Shown here: positions 30,838-40,154 of the stretch, one piece after another
How the letters are laid out: each line of letters opens with the position of its first letter
Numbering within the stretch: the first letter of the stretch is position 1
DNA from: an uncultured Nitrosopumilaceae archaeon
GTDB lineage: Archaea; Thermoproteota; Nitrososphaeria; Nitrososphaerales; Nitrosopumilaceae
Length of the DNA stretch: 64,000 nt
Direction: 5' to 3'
Assembly (NCBI GenBank): GCA_964462165.1
Contig: CAYWWR010000001.1
Span: 1,881-65,880 of the forward strand
Notes under the pieces: model-generated
Databases searched by the model: none
The model's input: only the letters and a program-made list of their open reading frames with translations
Told to the model about the DNA's origin: nothing
Made by a program: the position numbers and the translations under genes

Positions 30838-31374
30838 TTACTTGACAGTCTCTGGTTCAGGCTTTTCATCGCCTGTCTTTTTTGACCTTGCAATCACTAT
30901 GCTTAGTACGATATACAGTCCAATGAATGTGAGCTGACACACTTCAATTGGTTGTGCTAGTATGGCATGACCAATTCCCATCTGTTTGTGCATTCCTCCT
31001 GGCATTGCACCTGGCGGCATGTTTCCGTGAGTGAAATTACCTTGGTGCATTCCTCCAGGTGGTCCACCTCCCTGCATTTCATTAGTCTCAGGCAAAAGAT
31101 GAAGCATACTTGTGAGCCATAAAATGAAAAATACTGCAGTTCCAATGATTCCAATTATTTGCCATACTTTTCCCCATCGTTTTATGACTGGAACTGCCCA
31201 AAAAACCTGAAGTGCACCTCCAATTAGAAACAAAATTCCCTGTCCCAAATTATGGGACAAGGCACCGGGTGCCATCTTCAAATGTAAAATTCCTGCAATT
31301 ACGGTGACTGCAGCTGCAGCAAAACATAGGATCAAAATTCTCTTATCAGTACCGCTTCCAAATATTTGGCTCAT
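30838..31374 (-). CDS. Four-TM membrane protein with Gly/Met/His-rich loop
   Basis: Hydrophobic segments; GGMHQG...GGMH repeat. Confidence 0.7.
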   Translation of the reverse strand: MSQIFGSGTDKRILILCFAAAAVTVIAGILHLKMAPGALSHNLGQGILFLIGGALQVFWAVPVIKRWGKVWQIIGIIGTAVFFILWLTSMLHLLPETNEMQGGGPPGGMHQGNFTHGNMPPGAMPGGMHKQMGIGHAILAQPIEVCQLTFIGLYIVLSIVIARSKKTGDEKPEPETVK

Positions 31375-31755
31375 TTTTAATAAATTGTCAGTCAGGTGAT
31401 TATAATAGCATTAGCTAACAAAGTTAATGAACAAAGTGTCACAATTCTTTATTAAATAAATCCTGTACTTCAAACAAAGATCAGATGGCAATCAAGATGT
31501 ACAAATATTGCCAATGTGAATTCTCAAAAAACATTTCATGAAAATAAATTTTAAATCAACATGTCAATTCCCTGTAACCATGATGACATGTTTTTAAAAA
31601 ATATTTTAGAGATCAAATGAAACTTAGAAAAGATACGCGAGTCTTATAAGACATGAAATCTTTGTTATGCTAGTCATGGGTAAAGACCATCTGTGAATAT
31701 GTGCGCCAAATGGTTTCATCAAACCCTGACTATATCTTTTAAAAAATCATCTGTA

Positions 31756-31796
31756 AGAAATTTACATTAATTTTTTAAACCATACATATCCAGTAC
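31756..31796 (+). promoter_or_regulatory. Conserved promoter block (..TTTTAAACCATACATATCCAGTAC) of secreted-array genes
   Basis: 24-nt identity with 34527-34550; related to the blocks at 15156 and 20386; ATG 26 nt after AAAC. Confidence 0.7.
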
Positions 31797-31805
31797 CATT
31801 ACAAA

Positions 31806-33263
31806 ATGAAGATCTCCCTTTTTCTTACAGTTCTCATCTTTCTTTTCTTTGGTAGTGCCAATGTTTTTGCAGATAATAATACCTCATATTACAACCAGAC
31901 GTCCAATCCTCCACTTGCCTTTGTATCTGAGCAACAAAACCCAATCTCTGTTTCGCTAAAACAGGGAGAATCAATCCAACTGCCGATCCTCATCAAGATG
32001 AACCAAAACTATTCAATGGAATCAATTAATCAGATAGCACTGAGTGATAGACCAGATGGTGTCAAGGGCTGGATAGACCCCAACGGATTATCCGATACAA
32101 TTGACAAGACACATCTTATCAACGGAACACTATATCTTTACGTAGATTCTACAACAAAGCCGGGAAATTATACTATCAAAATTATTGGCATTGGAGCCAT
32201 CAAGGAAATATCAACGGGAAAAGATATCCAGATAATGGATTTGAATGAGGTAAACAAACCAGAGCAGAACACCACACCAGGAATCAAATCACTTGAAGAA
32301 TTTTGGAAGCAACAGGCAGCAGAAAGTGGTCTGCTAGATACAATTCAAGTACGAATAATTCCAAACCCAATGTCAGTAACTCTTCATGTTGGAGATCTTG
32401 ATCAAGATTACAGACAATTTTGTTCAAAAGACAGTGATCATGGAACCTCGTGTCTAGGATTTATCACCAATCAACAGATACCGCTGAACGTAACCTCGAA
32501 CAGCAAAACTCAGGTGAGACTTGAGATATCTTCACCTCTAAACGGCGGATGGATTTCAATTTATCCAAATACACTTCAAACATCTCCAAGTGGATCGTCA
32601 TCAAAACTCATGATGGCAGGAGCAGAGTGGCCTCCCGGAATAAACCCAATTGATACCAAAGCAATGACGATTCGTGCGATATCGCAAAATGGTGATACAT
32701 CAGTTGCATACATTCCAGTAATTATAATGCAAAACATGACGGTCTTGCATTTATCAGGTCCAATACAATTTCAAAAAGATGTCCTAATGAGTACCAGTCA
32801 AGAAGGAAATGTTGTGTATGGAGCAGTCTATGATCCTCTTGATGACTCGAGGCAGATCCAAGTCAGTCTCAAAGTTCTTGGAATGATCAACGATACCAAA
32901 ATCGTACCACTTCCAAGCTGGCTTGCAGTCAAGATTCCAAACTCTACTTTAACATTGAATGCAAATGAACCATACTATTTTATGATAAATCCAATAACAC
33001 GCTCTGCACCAGTTGGAACTTTTACTGTGGCAATAGGAGAACATGTTGGAGAACAAGACTATGTAGAGAACATGCCACTGCATGTGTCTGATGTACATTT
33101 TACAGGTGTAGCCAGTACAACTTTACCCACTGCATCTCAACCAAATCTTTCAACAATAGGATTTGGCACGGGAGAAAATTCACGGATGACACTAGCATGT
33201 TTTGGAGGGATTGTAAGCAGTGTTGCTATTGTTCTATCAGTCTATATCATAAGGAAAAAATAG
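31806..33263 (+). CDS. Secreted Ig-like multidomain protein with C-terminal TM anchor
   Basis: MKISLF leader; C-terminal TM plus RKK. Confidence 0.8.
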   Translation: MKISLFLTVLIFLFFGSANVFADNNTSYYNQTSNPPLAFVSEQQNPISVSLKQGESIQLPILIKMNQNYSMESINQIALSDRPDGVKGWIDPNGLSDTIDKTHLINGTLYLYVDSTTKPGNYTIKIIGIGAIKEISTGKDIQIMDLNEVNKPEQNTTPGIKSLEEFWKQQAAESGLLDTIQVRIIPNPMSVTLHVGDLDQDYRQFCSKDSDHGTSCLGFITNQQIPLNVTSNSKTQVRLEISSPLNGGWISIYPNTLQTSPSGSSSKLMMAGAEWPPGINPIDTKAMTIRAISQNGDTSVAYIPVIIMQNMTVLHLSGPIQFQKDVLMSTSQEGNVVYGAVYDPLDDSRQIQVSLKVLGMINDTKIVPLPSWLAVKIPNSTLTLNANEPYYFMINPITRSAPVGTFTVAIGEHVGEQDYVENMPLHVSDVHFTGVASTTLPTASQPNLSTIGFGTGENSRMTLACFGGIVSSVAIVLSVYIIRKK

Positions 33264-33264
33264 G

Positions 33265-33777
33265 ATGAAATCTGTACATCTAGTAATAATTCTGATTTTC
33301 TCAATACCTCTAATGATTCCAGCATATTCACAATCAAGCAATTGTGGAAAAAATATCAGTGATCAAAGCGATTTGATATTAGACTCTGTAGATAGGCAAA
33401 AAGCAGTTTCTATTGCAATCAATGATACGGATTTTCGCAATCTTGTTGGGGACTCTAAGTACATTGCTGGATTACCAGAAGTTGAACATGAAGGATTTGA
33501 TCAATTAAATTGCAGGCTAGTTGATCCCACCATCCAAATCCAATTCAATGTGTTAAATCCGAATGTAAATTTGAACAATTGTCCATATGTGATAGTTATG
33601 GAGGATACATCTGCATCCAAGGTGCTCTCAGTAGACCTTGGATCCTGTAATACTTCAATTGAACCATCAAGTTCTCCCATTAACGAGTCTTCATCATTAA
33701 CCCTCATCATAATTTGTGGAATTACAATCTCAGTCGTTATTGGAATATCATTTTTTGTCATGAGAACAAAAAAATGA
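33265..33777 (+). CDS. Secreted protein, MKSVHL leader, C-terminal TM
   Basis: C..D..KA..AIND..F..NC module similar to the N-domain of the 20439 protein. Confidence 0.75.
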   Translation: MKSVHLVIILIFSIPLMIPAYSQSSNCGKNISDQSDLILDSVDRQKAVSIAINDTDFRNLVGDSKYIAGLPEVEHEGFDQLNCRLVDPTIQIQFNVLNPNVNLNNCPYVIVMEDTSASKVLSVDLGSCNTSIEPSSSPINESSSLTLIIICGITISVVIGISFFVMRTKK

Positions 33778-33918
33778 AAACTCTGGAACTTGAAGTTTTG
33801 AAAAATGTAAAAAGTAAATAATTTTCTCAAGAATGCTTGATTTTACAATCTTTTCTGATCTCTAGCTAGCTTTATTTCGATCAAATCAATTAAATCAAAA
33901 CCGTCTTTAAATGAAATC

Positions 33919-34026
33919 ATGCCAACATGCAAGGAATGTAGTACAGTTTTTTATTCAAATGAAGGCCTTGAAGTTCACTTGATACATGCTCACAAAAAGG
34001 GCATGATGGACAACTTTTCCAAGTAA
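33919..34026 (+). CDS. 35-aa C2H2 zinc-finger microprotein
   Basis: MPTCKECSTVFYSNEGLEVHLIHAHKKGMMDNFSK matches C-x2-C-x3-F-x5-L-x2-H-x4-H. Confidence 0.6.
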   Translation: MPTCKECSTVFYSNEGLEVHLIHAHKKGMMDNFSK

Positions 34027-34457
34027 ACAAGAGAGACATTTTCGTTTATTTGTACGGTCTTGAAAATTCTGTAACCAAGTTTTTGATAAAGTATGATATT
34101 TTTCTCACTTTTGCTTCCTGTGAATAGTTCAAATCTTTTACAGGACTCAAACGTATGCTCTATCTCATGAATCAATCTGGTTCCAATGCCTTTGTTTTGG
34201 AAATTTGGATGAACCATCAGTCTTCCAATGTGACAGGTGCCATCTTTTTCAAATGCCCTGATTGACCCGATTATGGAACCGCCATCTATTACCTTGAGAA
34301 ATTTCTTGTATGCAAAATCCTCATACATCTCTTGCAAAGTCTGCGTCATTGGAGGTATTGTAAAATCATTGTATAGTTTTGCCTGGCTTACATATGACGT
34401 TCTTTGTAGGTCAAGTATTGTCTCTAGATCAGAGATGGTTGCTTGCTCTATTTTCAT
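33990..34457 (-). CDS. GNAT family N-acetyltransferase
   Basis: IGRLMVHPNFQNKGIG; N..LYQKLGY. Confidence 0.9.
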   Translation of the reverse strand: MKIEQATISDLETILDLQRTSYVSQAKLYNDFTIPPMTQTLQEMYEDFAYKKFLKVIDGGSIIGSIRAFEKDGTCHIGRLMVHPNFQNKGIGTRLIHEIEHTFESCKRFELFTGSKSEKNIILYQKLGYRIFKTVQINENVSLVYLEKLSIMPFL

Positions 34458-34508
34458 TTAATTGATTTTTGTTAAATTATCAAACAAAAATCTTTGTAAA
34501 ACACATGG

Positions 34509-34550
34509 AGAAAATCTGCGTCAATGTTTTAAACCATACATATCCAGTAC
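34509..34550 (+). promoter_or_regulatory. Conserved promoter block of secreted-array genes
   Basis: AGAAAATCTGCGTCAATGTTTTAAACCATACATATCCAGTAC; ATG at 34558. Confidence 0.7.
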
Positions 34551-34557
34551 TGGTACC

Positions 34558-36030
34558 ATGAAGATTCTACACTTGGGACTAGTTGCAATTGTTTTTGCTA
34601 CAGGAATTGCAGTATTGGAACCGGATGAAATTAGCGCATATGCATCTACTCCAACAAACGATCTTGGGGATGGAAATATTTTTTCAATGACTGTAAATGG
34701 AACATTTTTTCCTAGCAATTATCTGGAAATCAAAGGGAATCTAGTTACAGTAGATCCGATCAAGATCACATTAGACAATCCCCAGGGCATAGTTGTTGCA
34801 TCTAAAACTACATTTAGCGACAGGACGGGAAATTTTATTTCGGAATTAAAAATACCGGACAATGCAACATCTGGAACATGGGATATCATAGGAACAAGTG
34901 GAATTTATCACAAGGAATTGAATTTTACAATTGCGGACAATTCTGTATCGAACACATGTTATGCAGGCGACTTGTGTCCAAGCGTTTTACACATGGTATC
35001 AAACGCCACATCTGCATGCTGCTATATACATGGAACCAATTCTACAATTATACAGTCACCATTAGAACAATTCAGAGCAAATATTGCAACACAGAATGTA
35101 GAATGTGGATCCAGCCTTACACTTGTCATTAAAGCAGAAGACGGTTCACCAGCATGTATCAAACAAGATAGTGTTGTAAAACTCATACAACGCGGCTGGA
35201 TGAGCGTATCATTTCAAGATCCAACAGACACAATTCCTGTAGAATCCTATCAAACAATAGACAACAATTCTGGAACGATATTAATCAAAAACCAAACATA
35301 TTACATCATGACTGCAACAAACACAACATATCCAGTAGATCCTGCAGTGACAGTAAAATTTCATCAAGTCATCTTTTCATTTCCATATGGTGCACTAGCC
35401 ACTCCTGGTGGTGCCATACTTCCCTTTGACATGACATTTCCAGATGGTACAACCGAAGCATATGGGAAAATTACACGGAATGCAGATGGCTCAGACTCTA
35501 TGCTGAGTGGAATAGGACTAGGTCCAGGTCCTTCATCAAACAGGACTGCAATAAGGCTTAGTGAACATATTCATCCCCAATCTGGAATAATCATGACTGA
35601 AAATCAAATAAAACTTTTAGTTAGTACAGATGCCAATTCAATTACACAAACTAGTACACAAAATTACAATCCATTTGGAATAACTGCTCTAGTTATTTAC
35701 AAGCCTACATTTGGTTGCCCCGTTACAAATGATACGGCCGCAGTTATCTGTCCTCAAAACAGTTTCTATCTCAAGATAAACTCTGCCTCAACTACATATT
35801 TGCTAGGATACAACATATGTGATGGAAATTCCTGTACCAAAAGTGATGGTTTGTCAGTATCATTACCAATCAACAGTCTACAACCAAATTATCAACTCAT
35901 AGCATTACCTGCAGACCTACAATGGAAAGACGGGGATACTACAAAAATTCAACTAGAGATATCGCCTACTCTTGACAACAAAACTAGATTGCAGATAAGT
36001 TATGAAAACTCTACCATTGTTCCACAATGA
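34558..36030 (+). CDS. Secreted multidomain protein, MKILHL leader
   Basis: Start reassigned from 34462 to ATG 34558; SPLEQ..C..IKAEDGSPACIK module; C-terminal NPFGI..YNICDG module. Confidence 0.8.
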   Translation: MKILHLGLVAIVFATGIAVLEPDEISAYASTPTNDLGDGNIFSMTVNGTFFPSNYLEIKGNLVTVDPIKITLDNPQGIVVASKTTFSDRTGNFISELKIPDNATSGTWDIIGTSGIYHKELNFTIADNSVSNTCYAGDLCPSVLHMVSNATSACCYIHGTNSTIIQSPLEQFRANIATQNVECGSSLTLVIKAEDGSPACIKQDSVVKLIQRGWMSVSFQDPTDTIPVESYQTIDNNSGTILIKNQTYYIMTATNTTYPVDPAVTVKFHQVIFSFPYGALATPGGAILPFDMTFPDGTTEAYGKITRNADGSDSMLSGIGLGPGPSSNRTAIRLSEHIHPQSGIIMTENQIKLLVSTDANSITQTSTQNYNPFGITALVIYKPTFGCPVTNDTAAVICPQNSFYLKINSASTTYLLGYNICDGNSCTKSDGLSVSLPINSLQPNYQLIALPADLQWKDGDTTKIQLEISPTLDNKTRLQISYENSTIVPQ

Positions 36031-36475
36031 TGGATGCGCTACAAAAATTATTCATCACAGCAAAGTTTATGGGCTAGAAACAAGCATACTAGACACGAAT
36101 TACAAGCCGTTATTTGACAAAGTCATGGAAATTGATCCAAAAATTCGTTTTGCTACAATATTTGATATGAAAGGACAAGTGCTGTTCAGTGCACATCGAG
36201 ATGGTGTGGAAAATTTGCTCTCACCAGAAGAGAGTCAAAAATCCTTGCAGCTTGCAATCAATGCATGGAAGTCAAGAAACGAAGTCTCTGATAAAATTGG
36301 AAAAGGAAAGTATGCATTGGTAGAATATGAAAAATTAAAGAGAATTACAATGCCGCTTGACTCTGACCACATACTGTACATCACAACTGATGTTGAAGCA
36401 GACCATGGTCCAATAATTTATCGTGCCTTGAGACTAAAACATGATGCACTGCATTCACCTGAAGGAATGCCCTAG
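36002..36475 (+). CDS. DUF6659-like (roadblock/PAS-like) thaumarchaeal protein; true start probably downstream
   Basis: IDPKIRFATI...LLSPEES...IGKGKYALVEYEKLKRITMPL pattern. Confidence 0.6.
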   Translation: MKTLPLFHNDGCATKIIHHSKVYGLETSILDTNYKPLFDKVMEIDPKIRFATIFDMKGQVLFSAHRDGVENLLSPEESQKSLQLAINAWKSRNEVSDKIGKGKYALVEYEKLKRITMPLDSDHILYITTDVEADHGPIIYRALRLKHDALHSPEGMP

Positions 36476-36488
36476 AAATCAGATATTG

Positions 36489-37172
36489 TCACTTTAACGC
36501 ATTTGAACAATCTTCAAAAAATCCACATGCTTTGCATTTTGGTTTGCTGTTGTGATGTACCAAATCATCCCACTCTAGACACTTTTTTGTAAACTGGGAA
36601 AGATAGTCAAATAACAATTCGGTATGAGTCTCATTTACAACATCTTCATATGTCTTGTAGACTGACTTTGTTCTGCCATCTATGATATTGACTTGATACA
36701 TTTTTTTGTCATGTGGAATTGTGGCCCATCCGCCAAATGAATCCCCAAGATAGTATTTTGAATCAAGGTATGTTAACACCTGGAGCAGTTGGCTGATGTA
36801 TGGCTGTGACATGGAATCATACCGTCTTGGGTTTGTTGCATGTTTATCGTCAGAGACTATCAAAGTTTGATTTTGACGAATTACCTTGTCTGCCCTTCCA
36901 AATAGTACCAATTTTGCTTTTCCTTCCCTGAAATCAAACTGTCTTGTAAATAATGTCTGGATGTCTTCTCGCATGAAATTAAGATCAGTTTTCTTGTCTT
37001 CTAGCCTGGTTTTTGTTAGTGGGACTTGGACCGTGGTTTCTTTCTCTATTCTTTCTGCTTGTTCGTGATGTTCTGTACCAAGTACCATTTGAACAGTCTC
37101 TGCACGAACTCCTTCAATGAAAAACGGTATCTGGAACTCACAGTATCCCATGACACCTGTAAAATCAGTCAC
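36489..37172 (-). CDS. Solo Cas4-like PD-(D/E)xK nuclease with Fe-S staple cysteines
   Basis: N-terminal YC, GTEHH, GRAD..SDDK, Q..Y, C-terminal CKACGFFEDC. Confidence 0.7.
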   Translation of the reverse strand: MTDFTGVMGYCEFQIPFFIEGVRAETVQMVLGTEHHEQAERIEKETTVQVPLTKTRLEDKKTDLNFMREDIQTLFTRQFDFREGKAKLVLFGRADKVIRQNQTLIVSDDKHATNPRRYDSMSQPYISQLLQVLTYLDSKYYLGDSFGGWATIPHDKKMYQVNIIDGRTKSVYKTYEDVVNETHTELLFDYLSQFTKKCLEWDDLVHHNSKPKCKACGFFEDCSNALK

Positions 37173-37269
37173 AAATGCCTTGACTTGGCTGATGTCATTT
37201 TCGTCCTTGTCTATTTCTATCGTAGGATGTTTTGATGTATTGGTGTAGATAAGATCTACTAGAGAAACA

Positions 37270-37629
37270 TCAGTAAGCTGTAGCTTTTGCAGTTTTATCT
37301 TTAGTCTTTGATGAGCCTAGGGCTCTTTTTGTAGCAATCTCAAATACTAGTTTGTCAATGTAAAATCCTTGTTTTGAATCCAGATTCAATTTGTACATTA
37401 TGGCTTTTCCTACAGTTCTTGTTCTGGATAAAACTTCTTGCTGTTCTAGATTTTTTATTTCATTTAATGCAGTCTTGAAGGAGACTCCAGAGTTCTTGGC
37501 AATATCTGAAACAGAGTAATCCCAATTCTTGAAAGTTGCAAGAAAATCTAGAATCTTTGAGGTACTACCTGGAAATACACTTTCCAAGGGACCGCTTTGT
37601 AACGCTTTATTTTTAGACATTGTTGTCAT
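37270..37629 (-). CDS. Small winged-helix regulator
   Basis: SVSDIAKNSGVSFKT...RTVGKAIMYKLN. Confidence 0.8.
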   Translation of the reverse strand: MTTMSKNKALQSGPLESVFPGSTSKILDFLATFKNWDYSVSDIAKNSGVSFKTALNEIKNLEQQEVLSRTRTVGKAIMYKLNLDSKQGFYIDKLVFEIATKRALGSSKTKDKTAKATAY

Positions 37630-37722
37630 GAATATTATTAAGATTATAATCTTTATAATATTACCTATTATTGGGTAAAATTTTACATAATATTGTGAAA
37701 GTGCTCCGCTGGTACGTGATAC

Positions 37723-38313
37723 CTAGCCTGTCTTTGCATATTTTCTTGCATCGGCAAGATAATCTGTGATGTCATGCTCTTTGGCTAGTTTATTCAGGTA
37801 TGAATTGTCCAAAGAATCTGAAAATATTCTCAATAATGCGATGCTTTCCTCCATATCCCTTTGAGGGTTGCTCTTCCAAAACTTGGCAGAATACAACCTG
37901 TTTTGTATCAGGTCCTCCGGTGCTGCAACTTTGATCTCGTAATTTTTTATTTTGAATTTTTGTAGTCGGTCCAAGTCTCCACTATATGATTGGTCTATGA
38001 CTTGGATGACAATGTTTAGATCGTTATTAAACCACAATCCGTTTTCTTTTTTTCCAAATCCAAATCTGTTAAGAAAGTTTTCAGTTACAGTCTTGTTGTC
38101 TACTACTAGGTCAATATCTGAGGTAGAAAATATTCCTGCAGTATAGAGGTCTATGGCTTCTCCACCTACAAGTATTGCATCAACACCATTTTCTTTTAGT
38201 TTTGCTGCCAAGTATCCAATGAAGAATATTCTTCTTCGAAATAGATCTCTTTCTTCTTTCATCTCTTTGTATTCTGGAGATGTTTTGAATCTAGTCCGTA
38301 TCTTGTCTGTCAA
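37723..38313 (-). CDS. DUF6036/AbiEii-like nucleotidyltransferase
   Basis: ILVGGEAI...STSDIDLV...APEDLI. Confidence 0.78.
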   Translation of the reverse strand: MTDKIRTRFKTSPEYKEMKEERDLFRRRIFFIGYLAAKLKENGVDAILVGGEAIDLYTAGIFSTSDIDLVVDNKTVTENFLNRFGFGKKENGLWFNNDLNIVIQVIDQSYSGDLDRLQKFKIKNYEIKVAAPEDLIQNRLYSAKFWKSNPQRDMEESIALLRIFSDSLDNSYLNKLAKEHDITDYLADARKYAKTG

Positions 38314-38326
38314 GTTTGTAATCTAG

Positions 38327-38824
38327 TTATCCCTTTAGAATAAATGTATTATTTTTTTTCTCAAACAATTCGCTAAATGCTATCTGTGATGATTTGATTA
38401 ATGCTGATAATTCTCCAGGTATTCGTTTAGACATTATATCCTCAACACTTTTTCTGTCTTGGTTCTTGAATTTGGATTTGTCTAGTTTATCGAGCCTGAT
38501 AATTTTTGCCATTCGTCTAGATTGCATTTTGGGAGATAACCACTCTTCTAGATCAGACGACTCTTTTTGTTTTAGGGACTTGAGAAACTTGGCCGCAGCC
38601 CTTCCTGTTCCACTTGAAAGCGTGTAGGATATTTGATTGCGCTCCTTGATTTGAGATTTGACAATTCCAAACTCTGAGAATTCTGCCAAGCAGCGATATG
38701 TAGCAGATGGGTCTAGCCCTTGTGTTATTGCAATCTGGTATGCTGTAATTGGTACCTTGGCTTCTGTCAGAGATTCCAGCACTGCAAACCTTGTAATCCC
38801 TCCAAGTAGCATCTCTACTTTCAT
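38327..38824 (-). CDS. wHTH protein, putative antitoxin/regulator of the 37723 NTase
   Basis: TAYQIA..GLDPSATYRCL..GIV; 13-nt gap to the NTase. Confidence 0.7.
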   Translation of the reverse strand: MKVEMLLGGITRFAVLESLTEAKVPITAYQIAITQGLDPSATYRCLAEFSEFGIVKSQIKERNQISYTLSSGTGRAAAKFLKSLKQKESSDLEEWLSPKMQSRRMAKIIRLDKLDKSKFKNQDRKSVEDIMSKRIPGELSALIKSSQIAFSELFEKKNNTFILKG

Positions 38825-38966
38825 GTGTATCTTTTAGTCGTAGTTTTATATAAGCACTTAGATTTTAAATCTATGTTGATTTGAGATGCATCTTTTTTCT
38901 AGTACCATCGGAGCAGTGACTTTTCCGAGAACATCTGTGACACATGATATATCTAGTTGAATCACA

Positions 38967-39070
38967 TATAGTAGAAAACTATAATATTATAGTAGAAAAC
39001 TATAATATTATAGTAGAAAACTATAATATTATAGTAGAAAACTATAATATTATAGTAAAACACTATAATA
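38967..39070. repeat. 21-bp palindromic tandem array TATAGTAGAAAACTATAATAT, 4 perfect plus 1 imperfect unit
   Basis: Units start at 38967, 38988, 39009, 39030 and 39051; the array ends 1 nt before ATG 39072. Confidence 0.95.
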
Positions 39071-39071
39071 G

Positions 39072-40154
39072 ATGAAGACAATGGATGAGGCAACATATAG
39101 GATATTGAACATACTTGCAAGAAACTTGGGCAGACCATTGTCGATAAACGAGCTCACATGCAAGATAGAGGAAACATTTGGTGGAGCCTATTATGCCAAC
39201 ACGAATGAAAAAATACATGACTTGGTCAAAGATGGAATAATCACACTTGCAAAGTCTGGCAGGTCTTCTCTGATATCTCTTAACTTTAACAATTATTCCA
39301 TAATTGATCTGCTAGCAGAAATGGAGATGAGAAGAAAATACGAATTTCACCATGGAAAACAGGAGATGCAGATGCTCATGATGGAGATTGACACATATCT
39401 TTACAATTTTCTTTTAGTAAAATCAATCTCTTTGATGAATCCTGAAAGAAATGCAAAGTTGAACAAAGTCGAGCTCTTGATTCACCTGAGAAAAACAGAA
39501 AGAGAATCAATGACAGAAACTAAAATTAGAATTTATAAAATTATAGACACCCTCCAAAGAATACACAATATACGAATAGATTATGTAACACTGGAAGAAA
39601 AATTATTTCTCAATCTATTAAAGTCGGATGAAATCAATCCTGCCAGAGAAATGTTGTCAAATAAAATAGTCATTTTGAATCCTCAGGACTTGTGGATAGA
39701 GATCAAAAAGGCAGGAGAAGAAGGGATCAAGATAATTGCAGAAAAAGGCCAGACAAATCCTGCAAATTTGACCGAGAACGATTTGATTTTCAATCTAGCA
39801 AGGTTTGGTTACACCGAATTTGGACCAAAGATAAAACAGGGAAAACTAATCTGTATAGAATACATAATTAATGCAATAATGTTCCAAAATGATGCAAGAA
39901 GGATGGATGCAATTTCTGTCATACTTGCAAAAAATTCTGACAAGACAAACTATGATCTATTACTCTTTCTGGCACAAAAGTACGGTTTTGGAGGCAAGAT
40001 ATTAGGCATATTGAAGGCTTTGAGAAATCTAGTGGTCCACGGCATGAAGACTATAAACGAGCCCATCAGATTGCTTGAGGCCATGAAAGTAGAAGAAGTC
40101 AAGGCAAATGAGAAGAGCATAAAGGAGAAATTGAGACTATACCATGTCACTTGA
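39072..40154 (+). CDS. wHTH-containing putative antitoxin/regulator with degenerate NTase-like middle region
   Basis: N-terminal LSINEL..KSGRS wHTH; overlaps the downstream NTase gene. Confidence 0.65.
   Translation: MKTMDEATYRILNILARNLGRPLSINELTCKIEETFGGAYYANTNEKIHDLVKDGIITLAKSGRSSLISLNFNNYSIIDLLAEMEMRRKYEFHHGKQEMQMLMMEIDTYLYNFLLVKSISLMNPERNAKLNKVELLIHLRKTERESMTETKIRIYKIIDTLQRIHNIRIDYVTLEEKLFLNLLKSDEINPAREMLSNKIVILNPQDLWIEIKKAGEEGIKIIAEKGQTNPANLTENDLIFNLARFGYTEFGPKIKQGKLICIEYIINAIMFQNDARRMDAISVILAKNSDKTNYDLLLFLAQKYGFGGKILGILKALRNLVVHGMKTINEPIRLLEAMKVEEVKANEKSIKEKLRLYHVT

Noticed and set aside
36002-36012. ATGAAAACTCT as another orphan leader
   Set aside because: It lies within the coding end (YENSTIVP) of the upstream gene rather than at its stop, so it may be coincidental.
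15100-36030. Canonical integron
   Set aside because: No IntI or other tyrosine recombinase was seen, and there is no room for attC sites between overlapping array genes; only an analogy is claimed.
38967-39070. CRISPR array
   Set aside because: The units are contiguous with no unique spacers, and there is no cas operon in the window.
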